Notes: a model not told the origin generated them from the letters alone. A DNA stretch of 64,000 nucleotides from Treponema sp. (GCA_024402655.1 JAKSTH010000002.1:795-64794), one strand, 5' to 3'; positions 39,087-48,563 are shown, numbered from the stretch's first letter. Made by a program: numbers and translations.

Positions 39087-39881
39087 TTATCTCTTTAACT
39101 GTACTGCTGTAGAAAGCATATTATCAGAAGTTTGAATTGCTTTAGAGTTGAATTCATAAGCTCTCTGAGCAACAATCATCTGTACCATTTCGTTTACAAC
39201 AGAAACGTTACTCATTTCAAGGAATTTGTGACGTGTATCACCAAATCCGTCAAAACCTGGACGTCCGGCAATTGCTTCACCAGATGCATTTGTTACCTTG
39301 AATAAGTTATCTCCTTCTGCCTGTAAACCAACAGGGTTTGGAAATCTATAAAGTTCAATCTGACCAACATCAACAGGATCGTTTGAACCATTAACTTTTA
39401 CACTTACTTTACCAGTCTGTGTTACATTAAGAGTTGTAACATCATATCCTTCAGGAAGAATAATTTCTGGCATAAATCTTAAACCGTTACTGTTTACAAG
39501 CTGACCATTAGAGTCAATCTTAAAAGAACCGTCACGAGTATAAGCATATGAACCATCATACTGCATTACGCGGAAGAAACCTTCACCAACGATTGCAATA
39601 TCAGTGTCTACACCAGTATTTTGTAAACTACCCTGATTCATAATTCTCTGAGTAGCAGCAACTTTAACACCAGTACCCTGCTGAATACCAACAGGAGTTA
39701 CTGTATCTTCAGTTGCAGGAGTACCAGCCAATTTTAAGTTCTGGTACATTAAATCTTCAAATTCAACTCTCTGCTGTTTATAACCAGTTGTATTTACATT
39801 TGAAAGGTTATTCGAAATTGCATCTATATTTGACTGCTGACCGTTCATACCAGTTGCTGCAGTCCAAAGTGATCTTACCAT
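39087..39881 (-). CDS. flgG: Flagellar distal rod protein
   Basis: SLWTAATGM, NNLSNVNTTGYK, FEDLMYQ, YTRDGSF, LEMSNV, QRAYEFNSK. Confidence 0.95.
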   Translation of the reverse strand: MVRSLWTAATGMNGQQSNIDAISNNLSNVNTTGYKQQRVEFEDLMYQNLKLAGTPATEDTVTPVGIQQGTGVKVAATQRIMNQGSLQNTGVDTDIAIVGEGFFRVMQYDGSYAYTRDGSFKIDSNGQLVNSNGLRFMPEIILPEGYDVTTLNVTQTGKVSVKVNGSNDPVDVGQIELYRFPNPVGLQAEGDNLFKVTNASGEAIAGRPGFDGFGDTRHKFLEMSNVSVVNEMVQMIVAQRAYEFNSKAIQTSDNMLSTAVQLKR

Positions 39882-39898
39882 TTACTTACCTCTCTTCC

Positions 39899-40690
39899 TT
39901 ATTTAGAAACAACTTTTGTCCAAAGTGTACTTACCATAGAATCTTCAGACTGAATTGATTTTTGATTTGCTTCATAAGCACGGTTTACTTCAATCATCTG
40001 AACCATTTCATTAACAACATTTACATTTGAAGTTTCTGTATATCCCTGAACAAATCTTGGGCGTTCATCACCTTCTGCAATATGCGCAGGACCAGAAATT
40101 TCATTTGCTTTATAAAAGCTGTTTCCCATTTTTTCAAGGTATCTTTCATTATCAAAACGAACTACCTGAAAACGGTCTACTTCAACACCATCTTCTGTAA
40201 GAATAATTCCATCCTGATTAACATGAAAGCGATCATTTTCAAGATAGATTGGACCATTTTCGCCTAAAACAGGATATCCATCTTTTGTTTCAAGAATGCC
40301 TTCTTTTCCAATAAAGAAGTTACCGTTTCTTGTATAACGTTCACCATAAGGTGTATCTACTACATAAAAACCTTCATTACCTAAAGCAATGTCAGTTTTT
40401 GTATTTGTCAATTTAAATGAACCCTGAGAAAAATCGGTATAATTTTCATTAATTTCAATACCAAGTCCCAGTGTACCAATAATAGGCTGCACATCAGCTG
40501 AACCGTCAGGAACAGGATATACGCCATCGAAGTTTGTACGTCTGATTAATAATTCTGAAAAAGATTTACTTACTGTAATATCCTTTTTATAACCAGCTGT
40601 ATCAACGTTTGCCAAGTTGTTAGATATTGCATCTAATCTGTACTGTTGTGCATTCATACCAGAAGCACCAGTATACCAGCCACGAATCAT
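39899..40690 (-). CDS. flgF: Flagellar rod protein FlgF (FlgG paralogue)
   Basis: NNLANVDTAGYK, YTRNGNF, ETSNVN, RAYEANQK; directly upstream of flgG. Confidence 0.85.
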   Translation of the reverse strand: MIRGWYTGASGMNAQQYRLDAISNNLANVDTAGYKKDITVSKSFSELLIRRTNFDGVYPVPDGSADVQPIIGTLGLGIEINENYTDFSQGSFKLTNTKTDIALGNEGFYVVDTPYGERYTRNGNFFIGKEGILETKDGYPVLGENGPIYLENDRFHVNQDGIILTEDGVEVDRFQVVRFDNERYLEKMGNSFYKANEISGPAHIAEGDERPRFVQGYTETSNVNVVNEMVQMIEVNRAYEANQKSIQSEDSMVSTLWTKVVSK

Positions 40691-40727
40691 AGCTCCTCCA
40701 AAATATTTTTATTTACATCTATCTTCT

Positions 40728-40754
40728 TTATCGGAGGTATATAAATTTTGTTTA
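40728..40754 (-). promoter_or_regulatory. Sigma28 (FliA) promoter of flgF-flgG-flgJ
   Basis: TAAA-N15-TCCGATAA versus consensus TAAA-N15-GCCGATAA. Confidence 0.82.
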
Positions 40755-40861
40755 TATTTTTTTTATTTGTTTGCAAAACAGTAATTTCGGACTTATAATT
40801 TAAGTATTAGTAAAAGTCTTAATTATTTTTTTGATAACAAATATTTTAAGGGGTACTTAAT

Positions 40862-42151
40862 ATGTCTGATGAACCAAGAGTTTTGTCAATTATTTTAGGT
40901 GGTGGTAAAGGAACTCGCCTTTATCCTTTAACAAAAGAAAGATCTAAACCTGCAGTATCTTTCGGAGGAAAATACAGAATTGTAGATATTCCAATTTCTA
41001 ACTGTATTAACTCAGGATATAAGAAGATTTATCTTCTTACTCAGTTTAACTCTGCTTCACTTCACCTTCACATTTCTAATTCTTATAACTTCGACCGTTT
41101 CTCTGGTGGATTTGTAGAAATTCTTGCTGCAGAACAGACACTTGAACATTCAGGCTGGTACGAAGGTACAGCAGATGCTGTAAGAAAAAATTTCATTCAC
41201 TTTAAAACACAGAAACCAACACATTACATCATCTTGTCTGGTGACCAGTTATATAAAATGGATTTAAGAGCATTTATGGATGCCCACATTAAATCTGGTG
41301 CAGATGTTACAATTGCAACAACAGCTGTAAACCGCCATGACGCTTCTGGTTTTGGTATTATGAAAATTGACCAGGAAAATCGTGTAAAAGAATTCATGGA
41401 AAAACCAAAGCCAGATCAGAATATTGATGCATGGAAAATTCCTCCTGAAGCTCGCGGTGCCCTTCCTGCTGAAAAAGAATATCTTGCTTCAATGGGTATT
41501 TATATTTTCAATGCAAACACAATGGAAGAAGTTCTTGGCGGTGAAAATGAAAAATACACAGACTTTGGTAAAGAAATTCTTCCTTTAGCAATTGGAAAGA
41601 AAAAAATCAATTCTTATGTATTTGACGGTTACTGGGAAGACATTGGAACAATCAAGAGTTTCTATGATGCAAACATTGCATTAACAGAACCTTACCCAAC
41701 ATTTGACTTCTTTGGTGAAACACAGCCAATTTATACTCACATGAGAAACCTTCCACCTTCAAAAATTAATAAGGCAGAAATTAATGCTTCTCTTACTTCT
41801 GAAGGATGTATTATCACAGAAGCTAAACTTAACAAATCTGTTATTGGTGTACGCTCAATCATTAGTGAAGGCACTGAATTAGACGGTGTTATTATGATGG
41901 GTGCAGACTATTACGATGCTGAATCTGAAAAACAGGAAAATATGAAAGCTGGTAAACCAATTACAGGTATTGGTAAAAACTGTAAAATCGCTCATACAAT
42001 TATCGATAAAAATGCAAGAATTGGCGATAACTGTAAAATTGGTGTTACAGGTAAAAAATATGAAGACGGTGACCACGGTTCATTCTATAGTGCTGATGGT
42101 ATTATCGTTATTCGTAAAGGTGCAACTATCCCGGCTGGAACTGAAATCTAA
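40862..42151 (+). CDS. glgC: Glucose-1-phosphate adenylyltransferase
   Basis: GGGKGTRLYPLTKERSKPAV, GTADAV, LSGDQLY, ASMGIY, DFGKE, YWEDIGT. Confidence 0.96.
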   Translation: MSDEPRVLSIILGGGKGTRLYPLTKERSKPAVSFGGKYRIVDIPISNCINSGYKKIYLLTQFNSASLHLHISNSYNFDRFSGGFVEILAAEQTLEHSGWYEGTADAVRKNFIHFKTQKPTHYIILSGDQLYKMDLRAFMDAHIKSGADVTIATTAVNRHDASGFGIMKIDQENRVKEFMEKPKPDQNIDAWKIPPEARGALPAEKEYLASMGIYIFNANTMEEVLGGENEKYTDFGKEILPLAIGKKKINSYVFDGYWEDIGTIKSFYDANIALTEPYPTFDFFGETQPIYTHMRNLPPSKINKAEINASLTSEGCIITEAKLNKSVIGVRSIISEGTELDGVIMMGADYYDAESEKQENMKAGKPITGIGKNCKIAHTIIDKNARIGDNCKIGVTGKKYEDGDHGSFYSADGIIVIRKGATIPAGTEI

Positions 42152-42159
42152 AATTAGAT

Positions 42160-42705
42160 ATGTCTGACATGTACGAAAAGTTAGGTAATTTACTCAACAA
42201 CGTGCTTGAAACAGGCGAAATTCCACAGGATGACATAATAAAGGACCAGGACCCCGTTAATTACAAGGATAATGGGGAAAATTCTGGTCCTTTTTCTTTT
42301 AACACAAGTCAAAATTCTTCAGAAAACACAAAAAAATCAGAAAAAATAGAAAATTTTCAAAAAAAGGAACAAAAAATTAAGGATTTTGAAGATAGATTCC
42401 GAGAAAAATACACAACAAACAGTGAAAAACCTGTTGGTTCTGTAATAAAAGAGGAAGATACTCAAAATATCAAAATGCATAAATATACAAGTTTTATGCA
42501 TATTCCTTGTATAGTGTCAAAAAGTTTAGACACACTACATATAGTGTCTATAGAAAATTTAACATTGGAAGATTTACGCAAAAAATATCATCAAATACTT
42601 AAAGAAAATCATCCTGACACAGCAAATAAAAAAGGCATTTTATCCACTCCAGAAGAGCTTAAAAATGCCTTTGAAATTGTTAAAAACTACATTTTTAACC
42701 AGTAA
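42160..42705 (+). CDS. Protein with truncated C-terminal J-domain
   Basis: LRKKYHQILKENHPD...LKNAFE. Confidence 0.65.
   Translation: MSDMYEKLGNLLNNVLETGEIPQDDIIKDQDPVNYKDNGENSGPFSFNTSQNSSENTKKSEKIENFQKKEQKIKDFEDRFREKYTTNSEKPVGSVIKEEDTQNIKMHKYTSFMHIPCIVSKSLDTLHIVSIENLTLEDLRKKYHQILKENHPDTANKKGILSTPEELKNAFEIVKNYIFNQ
42241..42300 (+). terminator. glgC terminator, located inside the J-domain ORF
   Basis: AAGGACCAGGA/TTCTGGTCCTT plus CCCCGTTA/TAATGGGG, followed by TTTTTCTTTT. Confidence 0.75.
42532..42547. promoter_or_regulatory. NrdR-box-like palindrome
   Basis: ACACTACATATAGTGT versus consensus acaCwAtATaTwGtgt. Confidence 0.45.
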
Positions 42706-42738
42706 TATGTATGTATAAATAATTATACACTTTAATAA

Positions 42739-44106
42739 TTATTCTTCACTACCCTCTGTTTCCATTCCATAATCAATCAGTTTTCTATGCAAGGTTTTTC
42801 GACCTATACCAAGAATTTCTGCTGTTTTTGTTTTATTTCCGTTATTCAAAGCAAGATTTTCACTAATAATTATTCTTTCGGCTTCGTCTAATGTAATTCC
42901 AGCTGGAATAATTATATTTGAAATATCAGTACTTGCTCGTACAGAAGCAGGTAAATCGGCAAAAGTAATTTCTTCACCATTACACATTACAACAGCACTT
43001 TCAACACAGTTTCTTAATTCACGAATATTACCAGGCCAGTTGTATTTCATAATGGCACTTTTTGCCCTGTTATCAAATCCAGTTATATTTTTATGATTTT
43101 CAATATTAAATTCTTTTAAAAATCCATGAAGTAACAAAGGTATATCATCTTTTCTTTCTTTTAGTGAAGGCATTTCTATTCTTACAACATTAAGACGATA
43201 ATAAAGATCTTCTCTAAAGTTACCATTTTTTACTTCATTTTCTAAATTCTTGTTTGTTGCAGCTACAATTCGAATATCAACCTTAATAGATTTTTCTCCG
43301 CCTACCCGTTCAAACTCTTTTTCCTGTAAAACTCTAAGTAACTTAATTTGTGTACTTAAATTTATTTCTCCAATTTCATCAAGAAAAATTGTTCCGCCAT
43401 CTGCCAGTTCAAACTTACCATGTGTTAATCCGTCGGCTCCAGTAAATGCTCCTTTTTCATGACCAAATAATTCGCTTTCTAAAAGAGTTTCAGAAAGTGC
43501 TGCACAATGAACAACAATAAAAGCTTTATCTTTTCTGGAAGACTGATTATGAATTGCTCTTGCAACCAGCTCCTTACCAACTCCACTTTCACCAGTAATA
43601 AGAACACTGGCCTTTGTTGGAGCCGCTTTGGAAATCATGGTTCTAACTCTATTAAGTTCTGCTGACTTACCAATCATATCATCAGATGTTTGACTATTTT
43701 TTAACTTTTCCTGAAGTTCTTTAATCTTGATTTGCTGAGCTCTTTCTTTTAATGCGTTTTGAACAATTTTATTTAAGTGGTCAAGATTTAAAGGTTTTGT
43801 AAGAAAATAATATGCCCCAGATTTTATAGCTTTATTGGCTTCTTCAATACTTCCATGACCTGTAAGAACAATAATTGGAATGCCAGGATTTTCTGTTGTA
43901 ACATGACGTACAACTTCTTCACCACTCATTCCATCCATTCGTAAGTCTGTAATAACAAGATCTACTCCGCCCTTTGCTATAAGTGCCAGACCATCTTTAC
44001 CGTTACTGGCCTGAAGTACATTGTAGCCTTCAAGTTCAAAGTTATCTGCCAGACCATTTCTAATATTTTCTTCATCATCAATAGTTAAAATTGTTAATTG
44101 AGACAT
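42739..44106 (-). CDS. Sigma54-dependent NtrC-family response regulator (Rrp2-like)
   Basis: REC domain (IDDE, TDLRM), GESGVGKE, GAFTGA, FLDEI, WPGNIREL, Fis HTH. Confidence 0.95.
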   Translation of the reverse strand: MSQLTILTIDDEENIRNGLADNFELEGYNVLQASNGKDGLALIAKGGVDLVITDLRMDGMSGEEVVRHVTTENPGIPIIVLTGHGSIEEANKAIKSGAYYFLTKPLNLDHLNKIVQNALKERAQQIKIKELQEKLKNSQTSDDMIGKSAELNRVRTMISKAAPTKASVLITGESGVGKELVARAIHNQSSRKDKAFIVVHCAALSETLLESELFGHEKGAFTGADGLTHGKFELADGGTIFLDEIGEINLSTQIKLLRVLQEKEFERVGGEKSIKVDIRIVAATNKNLENEVKNGNFREDLYYRLNVVRIEMPSLKERKDDIPLLLHGFLKEFNIENHKNITGFDNRAKSAIMKYNWPGNIRELRNCVESAVVMCNGEEITFADLPASVRASTDISNIIIPAGITLDEAERIIISENLALNNGNKTKTAEILGIGRKTLHRKLIDYGMETEGSEE

Positions 44107-44108
44107 AA

Positions 44109-45332
44109 TTATTTTCCTTCCTCAGTTAATAACTTTTTATTTTTCTGAGGGATTGGGAATACCATTGTAAAATTAGTTCCTTCATTTTCTATAGAATCTA
44201 CAGTTATTTCACCAGAAAACTCTTTTACAATTTTATAAACCATAGTCATTCCAAGTCCTGTTCCATTGGCTTTAGTTGTAAAATAAGGTTCAAATATTTT
44301 TGAAACACTATTTTCCGACATTCCACACCCATTATCCTGAACTTGAATAATATATCTGCTTTCAGTTTTAAAACATTTTATGCCAAAACAAGGCTCATAA
44401 GATTCATCTGTATTTGACTCCATTCGAGTTTTTATTGCAGCCAAAGCATTTTGTGAAAGATTTAAGATAATATCTCTTAAAAGTTTTTCATCCAGCATAA
44501 TTTTTTGTTCATTATCATTTACTTCGAAAACTACTTTTATGCCTTCGTTTTTAAACTCTGCTGCAAAAAAATCAACTGTATTTTGAATCAGCTTTCCTGG
44601 ATTTTTTAGAGCTAAAGTTGCATTTACAGGTCGCACAGCAAGTAAAAAATCCATAATTAATTTATTTAAATGCTCAACTTCTTCATTTACTACATCAATA
44701 TGGTCTTCTACAAATTTTTTAGCAGGAAGAATATCTTGGTTTTCTCTTGCTTTAAGCAAAGCCTTTTGTACCAGCTGAATATGAATACTAATTGCTCCTA
44801 ATGGATTTTTAATTTCATGTGCCATGCCAGCTGCAAGATTTGTAAGATTTGCCATATTTTCCATTCGGTGAAGCATAACTTCCTGATTTTTATTTTCAGT
44901 TATATCCCGAATAAGAATGATTCTGCCATTTAAAATTCCTTTGTGAATTAATGGAGTGATGGCAATTGTAATAAACCTGACATTTCCACCAGGTGTCATA
45001 ATTGAAAAATCTTCTGAACTATTTGTAATTGCTTTATCAGAACAATTTTTTAAATAAGAGCAAATATCTTCATCATCTATTATTTCCCAAACTGGCTGAA
45101 TATTTGCTTTTGGATCATCAGGATGAATTGAAAATGGAAGCCGGCTTTCTACAATTGAGTTAGACTGTTGAAGACAAAAATCATTATCAACTATTAATAA
45201 ACCAGTTGAAATTGACTCGAAAATTGAATATAAGCTTTCATTTTCTTCTAAAACATCTTCAAGAACCGAAAGTACCTGTTCTTTTGAAAGTTTTGCTGCT
45301 TTTTGACTTACTCTTTTTACATATCCTCGCAT
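44109..45332 (-). CDS. Cytoplasmic PAS histidine kinase (Hk2-like)
   Basis: AHEIKNPL, NLSQNA, DNGCGM, FEPYFTTK, GTGLG. Confidence 0.93.
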   Translation of the reverse strand: MRGYVKRVSQKAAKLSKEQVLSVLEDVLEENESLYSIFESISTGLLIVDNDFCLQQSNSIVESRLPFSIHPDDPKANIQPVWEIIDDEDICSYLKNCSDKAITNSSEDFSIMTPGGNVRFITIAITPLIHKGILNGRIILIRDITENKNQEVMLHRMENMANLTNLAAGMAHEIKNPLGAISIHIQLVQKALLKARENQDILPAKKFVEDHIDVVNEEVEHLNKLIMDFLLAVRPVNATLALKNPGKLIQNTVDFFAAEFKNEGIKVVFEVNDNEQKIMLDEKLLRDIILNLSQNALAAIKTRMESNTDESYEPCFGIKCFKTESRYIIQVQDNGCGMSENSVSKIFEPYFTTKANGTGLGMTMVYKIVKEFSGEITVDSIENEGTNFTMVFPIPQKNKKLLTEEGK

Positions 45333-46543
45333 AAAATTCTTCCATAGGTAACATTTATTTTACTTATATCTCTTACAAGAATTTCTAAAGCAGAATTTAC
45401 AGACTGATTGTACATTGTTACATTTTCCCAGGTAATCTTTAATTTTTGTAAAGTTTCCATTGCAGCTTCACATCCAGCCTGAGTTTTAAATAAGTTTTTT
45501 TGCAAAGTAGAAATATGATTTAAAAATATTTTTAAACTGATTCTTGGTTCAAATTTTCCACATTCCTTTACAACTTCAGCTGTTTGTGGAATTTTACCAT
45601 GAGTTATATCCTTATAGAATTTTTGTGCTGTCTCTTTAATTTTTACTGCAGGAACAGGAAGGAAAGTTTCTAAATATTCACTTATTGGTCCTTTATAATA
45701 TTCATTTCTGAAAATTGCTTTAATAACATTTTGTTGTTCTTCCAGATTTCTTGAAGCAAAATTATAATTTCTAACTCTGGAAAGAATGGTAGGCATTACA
45801 GCATTTCGTTTTGCAGTTAAAAGAATGAACTGACAGTCTGCAGGTGGTTCTTCCAAAATCTTAAGTAAAGCATTTCTTACACCAGGTAACATTCTTTCGG
45901 CATTTTCAATAATTATAGTTTTCTTACCTTCTTCAGACTTTGTATAAGCCCACTCTTCCATATTTCTAATTTGATTAATTGGAATTGAATCATATAAAAA
46001 ATCTCTTTCAAGTTCTACGGCTTTTTCAGTAAGGCTTTCACATAATTTTACAGCTTCATCAAATTGAATTAATGGTCTAGGAAAATCCAGAAGTTCCAGA
46101 TCGTCATTTATATTTTGAATTAAAATTCCTATTTTTGTTAAATCTTTGTCGCCCTGTAATAAAATACCATTAAATCTTAAAGTGAGTTTTCTTATACTTC
46201 TAATGAATAAGTAACGTGTAGCAGTGAGATAAGGAGTGTTATCTCTATAAGCTTTTACAAAGGAATCTTTTGCAGCAGAAATTTCTAAAGCACAATCCCT
46301 GGGACCTAATAAAAGCATATTTGTACAAGTTAATGCTTTATGTCTAAGACAGGATGGACAATTACAATTCCATTCTGCTTTATTTTCACCTGTACATGAT
46401 AAAACTCGGGCCAGTTCAAGTGCCGCAGTTAATTTTCCAGAAGTTTCATTTCCAGAAAAAAGAACTGCTGGTGGTAAAATACCATTATTAATATCTTTTA
46501 TTATGAGTTTTCGTGCTTTCTGAGCTAAAAGATTTTCAAACAT
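45317..46543 (-). CDS. holB: DNA polymerase III clamp-loader delta'-like subunit
   Basis: LFSGNETSGKLT, CNCPSC, NALLKILEEPP, TILSR. Confidence 0.85.
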   Translation of the reverse strand: MFENLLAQKARKLIIKDINNGILPPAVLFSGNETSGKLTAALELARVLSCTGENKAEWNCNCPSCLRHKALTCTNMLLLGPRDCALEISAAKDSFVKAYRDNTPYLTATRYLFIRSIRKLTLRFNGILLQGDKDLTKIGILIQNINDDLELLDFPRPLIQFDEAVKLCESLTEKAVELERDFLYDSIPINQIRNMEEWAYTKSEEGKKTIIIENAERMLPGVRNALLKILEEPPADCQFILLTAKRNAVMPTILSRVRNYNFASRNLEEQQNVIKAIFRNEYYKGPISEYLETFLPVPAVKIKETAQKFYKDITHGKIPQTAEVVKECGKFEPRISLKIFLNHISTLQKNLFKTQAGCEAAMETLQKLKITWENVTMYNQSVNSALEILVRDISKINVTYGRILCEDM

Positions 46544-47022
46544 TAAGCATATTCCTTAGGAATTAAATTAGTAGTTGATGGAATTAAAGGCTGAATTAAT
46601 TTATAGAAAAAACTGTTTGCAAAAATGCCTTCTACAGGAATAAGAGTCTGTCCATTTGAAATAATGATAATCAACATTACAACTGCAAAACCTTCAACAA
46701 TTCCTAAAAAGAATCCCAAAGATTTATCTAGACCTTTCATTATATCTCCTTCAAAGGCCTGACCGATTATTGTTTTAATAATCTGAATAACAAGGAATAC
46801 AACAATAAAAATAAGAAGAAAAGCTGCAAGTAATGCTAAAAATTCATTTTTTACAGTTCCAACTAAAAATGGCTGCAATTTTTTTGCAAAAAGACAACCA
46901 ATAATTATTCCTGCAATCCATGAAATTTTATTGAAAATCTCTTTAACAAAACCTTTTGCAGCAGCTGTAATTGCAAAAATTAAAATTATAATAATAAAAA
47001 CTATATCAATTACATTAAACAT
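46543..47022 (-). CDS. cvpA: CvpA family membrane protein
   Basis: IDIV, KGFVKE, LDKSLGFFLG. Confidence 0.88.
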   Translation of the reverse strand: MFNVIDIVFIIIILIFAITAAAKGFVKEIFNKISWIAGIIIGCLFAKKLQPFLVGTVKNEFLALLAAFLLIFIVVFLVIQIIKTIIGQAFEGDIMKGLDKSLGFFLGIVEGFAVVMLIIIISNGQTLIPVEGIFANSFFYKLIQPLIPSTTNLIPKEYA

Positions 47023-47038
47023 ATATACCTTCTACGAA

Positions 47039-48193
47039 CTAAAGCTGATTATAAATATATTGAGCAATTACGGATACACTCTTTTTTTCACCTACCATCG
47101 CTTTAATTTTTTCCTGCATTTCTTTTCTAAAATCTTCATCTAACATTTTTGAAAGTTCATTTTTAAGATTTTCAGAATTTGCCTTGTCACCTAAAAGTAC
47201 AAGGGCCGAGCCATTTTCTTCAAAGAATTTAGCATTATCAACCTGGTCACCACGAGTACCACTTCCACATAAAGGAACGAGTACACTTGGTTTAGAAAGT
47301 ACGGCTGCTTCCCAAATAGAGTTAGCACCGGCACGAGAAAGAATAACATCACAACTTGCAACTACATCTGGCATTTCGTTGTAGATAAAAGCAAATGGTT
47401 TATAATTTTCACCATACTTTTCTTTTAGTGTTTTTTCCTGATTTTCATTGTTGTTCACAAGGCCGGTTTGATGTACCACAATAAAGTTCTGACATAACCA
47501 GTCTAAATTGTCCCAAACTAACTCATTAATCTGTTTAGCACCACTACTTCCCCCAAGGACTAGAAGTACTGGTTTTTCTGGATTATTAATTCCTAAAAAT
47601 TCCAATCCTTTTTTTCCATTTGCCTGATAAAAAACTGGTCTAACTGGATTTCCAGTAACTACAACTCTATTCTGATCTGCTTGTCCCAATCTTTTTTTAG
47701 TTTCTTCATAAGAAACGAACATAGTTTTAGCAGATTTAAAATTTAATCTGTTTGCAAGGCCAAGAGTAAAATCACATTCATGTGTGAAAACTGGAATACC
47801 AAGATGTTTTGCAGCTAAACAAGGAGGAACACTTACAAATCCACCTTTAGAAAAAAGCACTGCAGGTTTTGTTTTGCGTAAAACTTTTCTTGCAGAAAAA
47901 TATCCGCCTACAATTCTGAATAAATCAGTAAAGTTCTGCCATGAAAGATATCTTCGTAATTTACCAGAAGGAATACCATAGAAATTATCTGCAATAGCTT
48001 TTCCATCGCTTCCCATGCCTTTTTCAACAATATTTTTATCCATTCCCTTTGAACAGCCAATCCAAATTATGGATAATTCTTTATTATTTTCTTTTGCAAT
48101 ATTTTTTAATTCATCAGCAACAGCTAATCCTGGATAAATATGACCACCAGTTCCACCACCGGTAAAAGCAACAACATTTTCGTTTAATTTCAT
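47039..48193 (-). CDS. murG: Lipid II GlcNAc transferase
   Basis: TGGGTGGHIYP, SKGGFVS, TGNPVR, GGSSGA, SRAGA, DQVDNA. Confidence 0.96.
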   Translation of the reverse strand: MKLNENVVAFTGGGTGGHIYPGLAVADELKNIAKENNKELSIIWIGCSKGMDKNIVEKGMGSDGKAIADNFYGIPSGKLRRYLSWQNFTDLFRIVGGYFSARKVLRKTKPAVLFSKGGFVSVPPCLAAKHLGIPVFTHECDFTLGLANRLNFKSAKTMFVSYEETKKRLGQADQNRVVVTGNPVRPVFYQANGKKGLEFLGINNPEKPVLLVLGGSSGAKQINELVWDNLDWLCQNFIVVHQTGLVNNNENQEKTLKEKYGENYKPFAFIYNEMPDVVASCDVILSRAGANSIWEAAVLSKPSVLVPLCGSGTRGDQVDNAKFFEENGSALVLLGDKANSENLKNELSKMLDEDFRKEMQEKIKAMVGEKKSVSVIAQYIYNQL

Positions 48194-48239
48194 AGTAATA
48201 ATATTTTACTATCATTGGGCTATTTTGTCACTAAGGTGA

Positions 48240-48256
48240 TGTATCATTATGACACA
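48240..48256. promoter_or_regulatory. Imperfect palindrome just upstream of the murG promoter (GTGACA-17-TAAAAT); possible TF site
   Basis: TGTATCAT-T-ATGACACA. Confidence 0.45.
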
Positions 48257-48310
48257 ATATAAAAACGTTAGATTTTGTACGGATTTTTTTTTAGAAAATT
48301 TAAAAAGGCA

Positions 48311-48345
48311 AAAAAAAACTTCAAACCGAAGTTTGAAGTTTTTTT
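48311..48345. terminator. Terminator directly after tRNA-Phe
   Basis: AAAAAAACTTCAAAC-CGAA-GTTTGAAGTTTTTTT. Confidence 0.85.
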
Positions 48346-48417
48346 GCCACAGGTTGGAATCGAACCAACGACATACGGATTTTCAGTCCGGCGCTCTACC
48401 AACTGAGCTACTGCGGC
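48345..48417 (-). tRNA. tRNA-Phe (GAA), CCA not encoded
   Basis: GCCGCAG-TAGCTCAGTTGGTAGAGC-GCCGGACT-GAA-AATCCGT-ATGTC-GTTGGTTCGATTCCAAC-CTGTGGCA. Confidence 0.97.
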
Positions 48418-48430
48418 GTTGATGTATATT

Positions 48431-48459
48431 AATATATAGAAATACGTAAAATGTGTCAA
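48431..48459 (-). promoter_or_regulatory. Sigma70 promoter of tRNA-Phe
   Basis: TTGACA-17-TATATT. Confidence 0.85.
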
Positions 48460-48563
48460 TAACAAAACAAACAAATTTTCAATTTTTTTTATATTTTTTT
48501 TAACTATTTTTAAAGTTCTGAAATTAAACTTGATTTTTAGGGGAAACACCTTATAATTTAGAT

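Noticed and set aside
38443-40724. 13-bp inverted repeat as the ends of an invertible DNA segment
   Set aside because: No recombinase in the window. The second match, at the RBS, fits RNA pairing better. Not fully excluded: inverted read pairs would revive this idea.
42739-48193. Two-component system inside a murG/holB operon
   Set aside because: It matches the known conserved spirochete Hk2-Rrp2 neighbourhood.
48260-48345. tRNA-Phe 3' end as an integration site
   Set aside because: No integrase, no duplicated tRNA 3' end seen, and the flanks are core genes.
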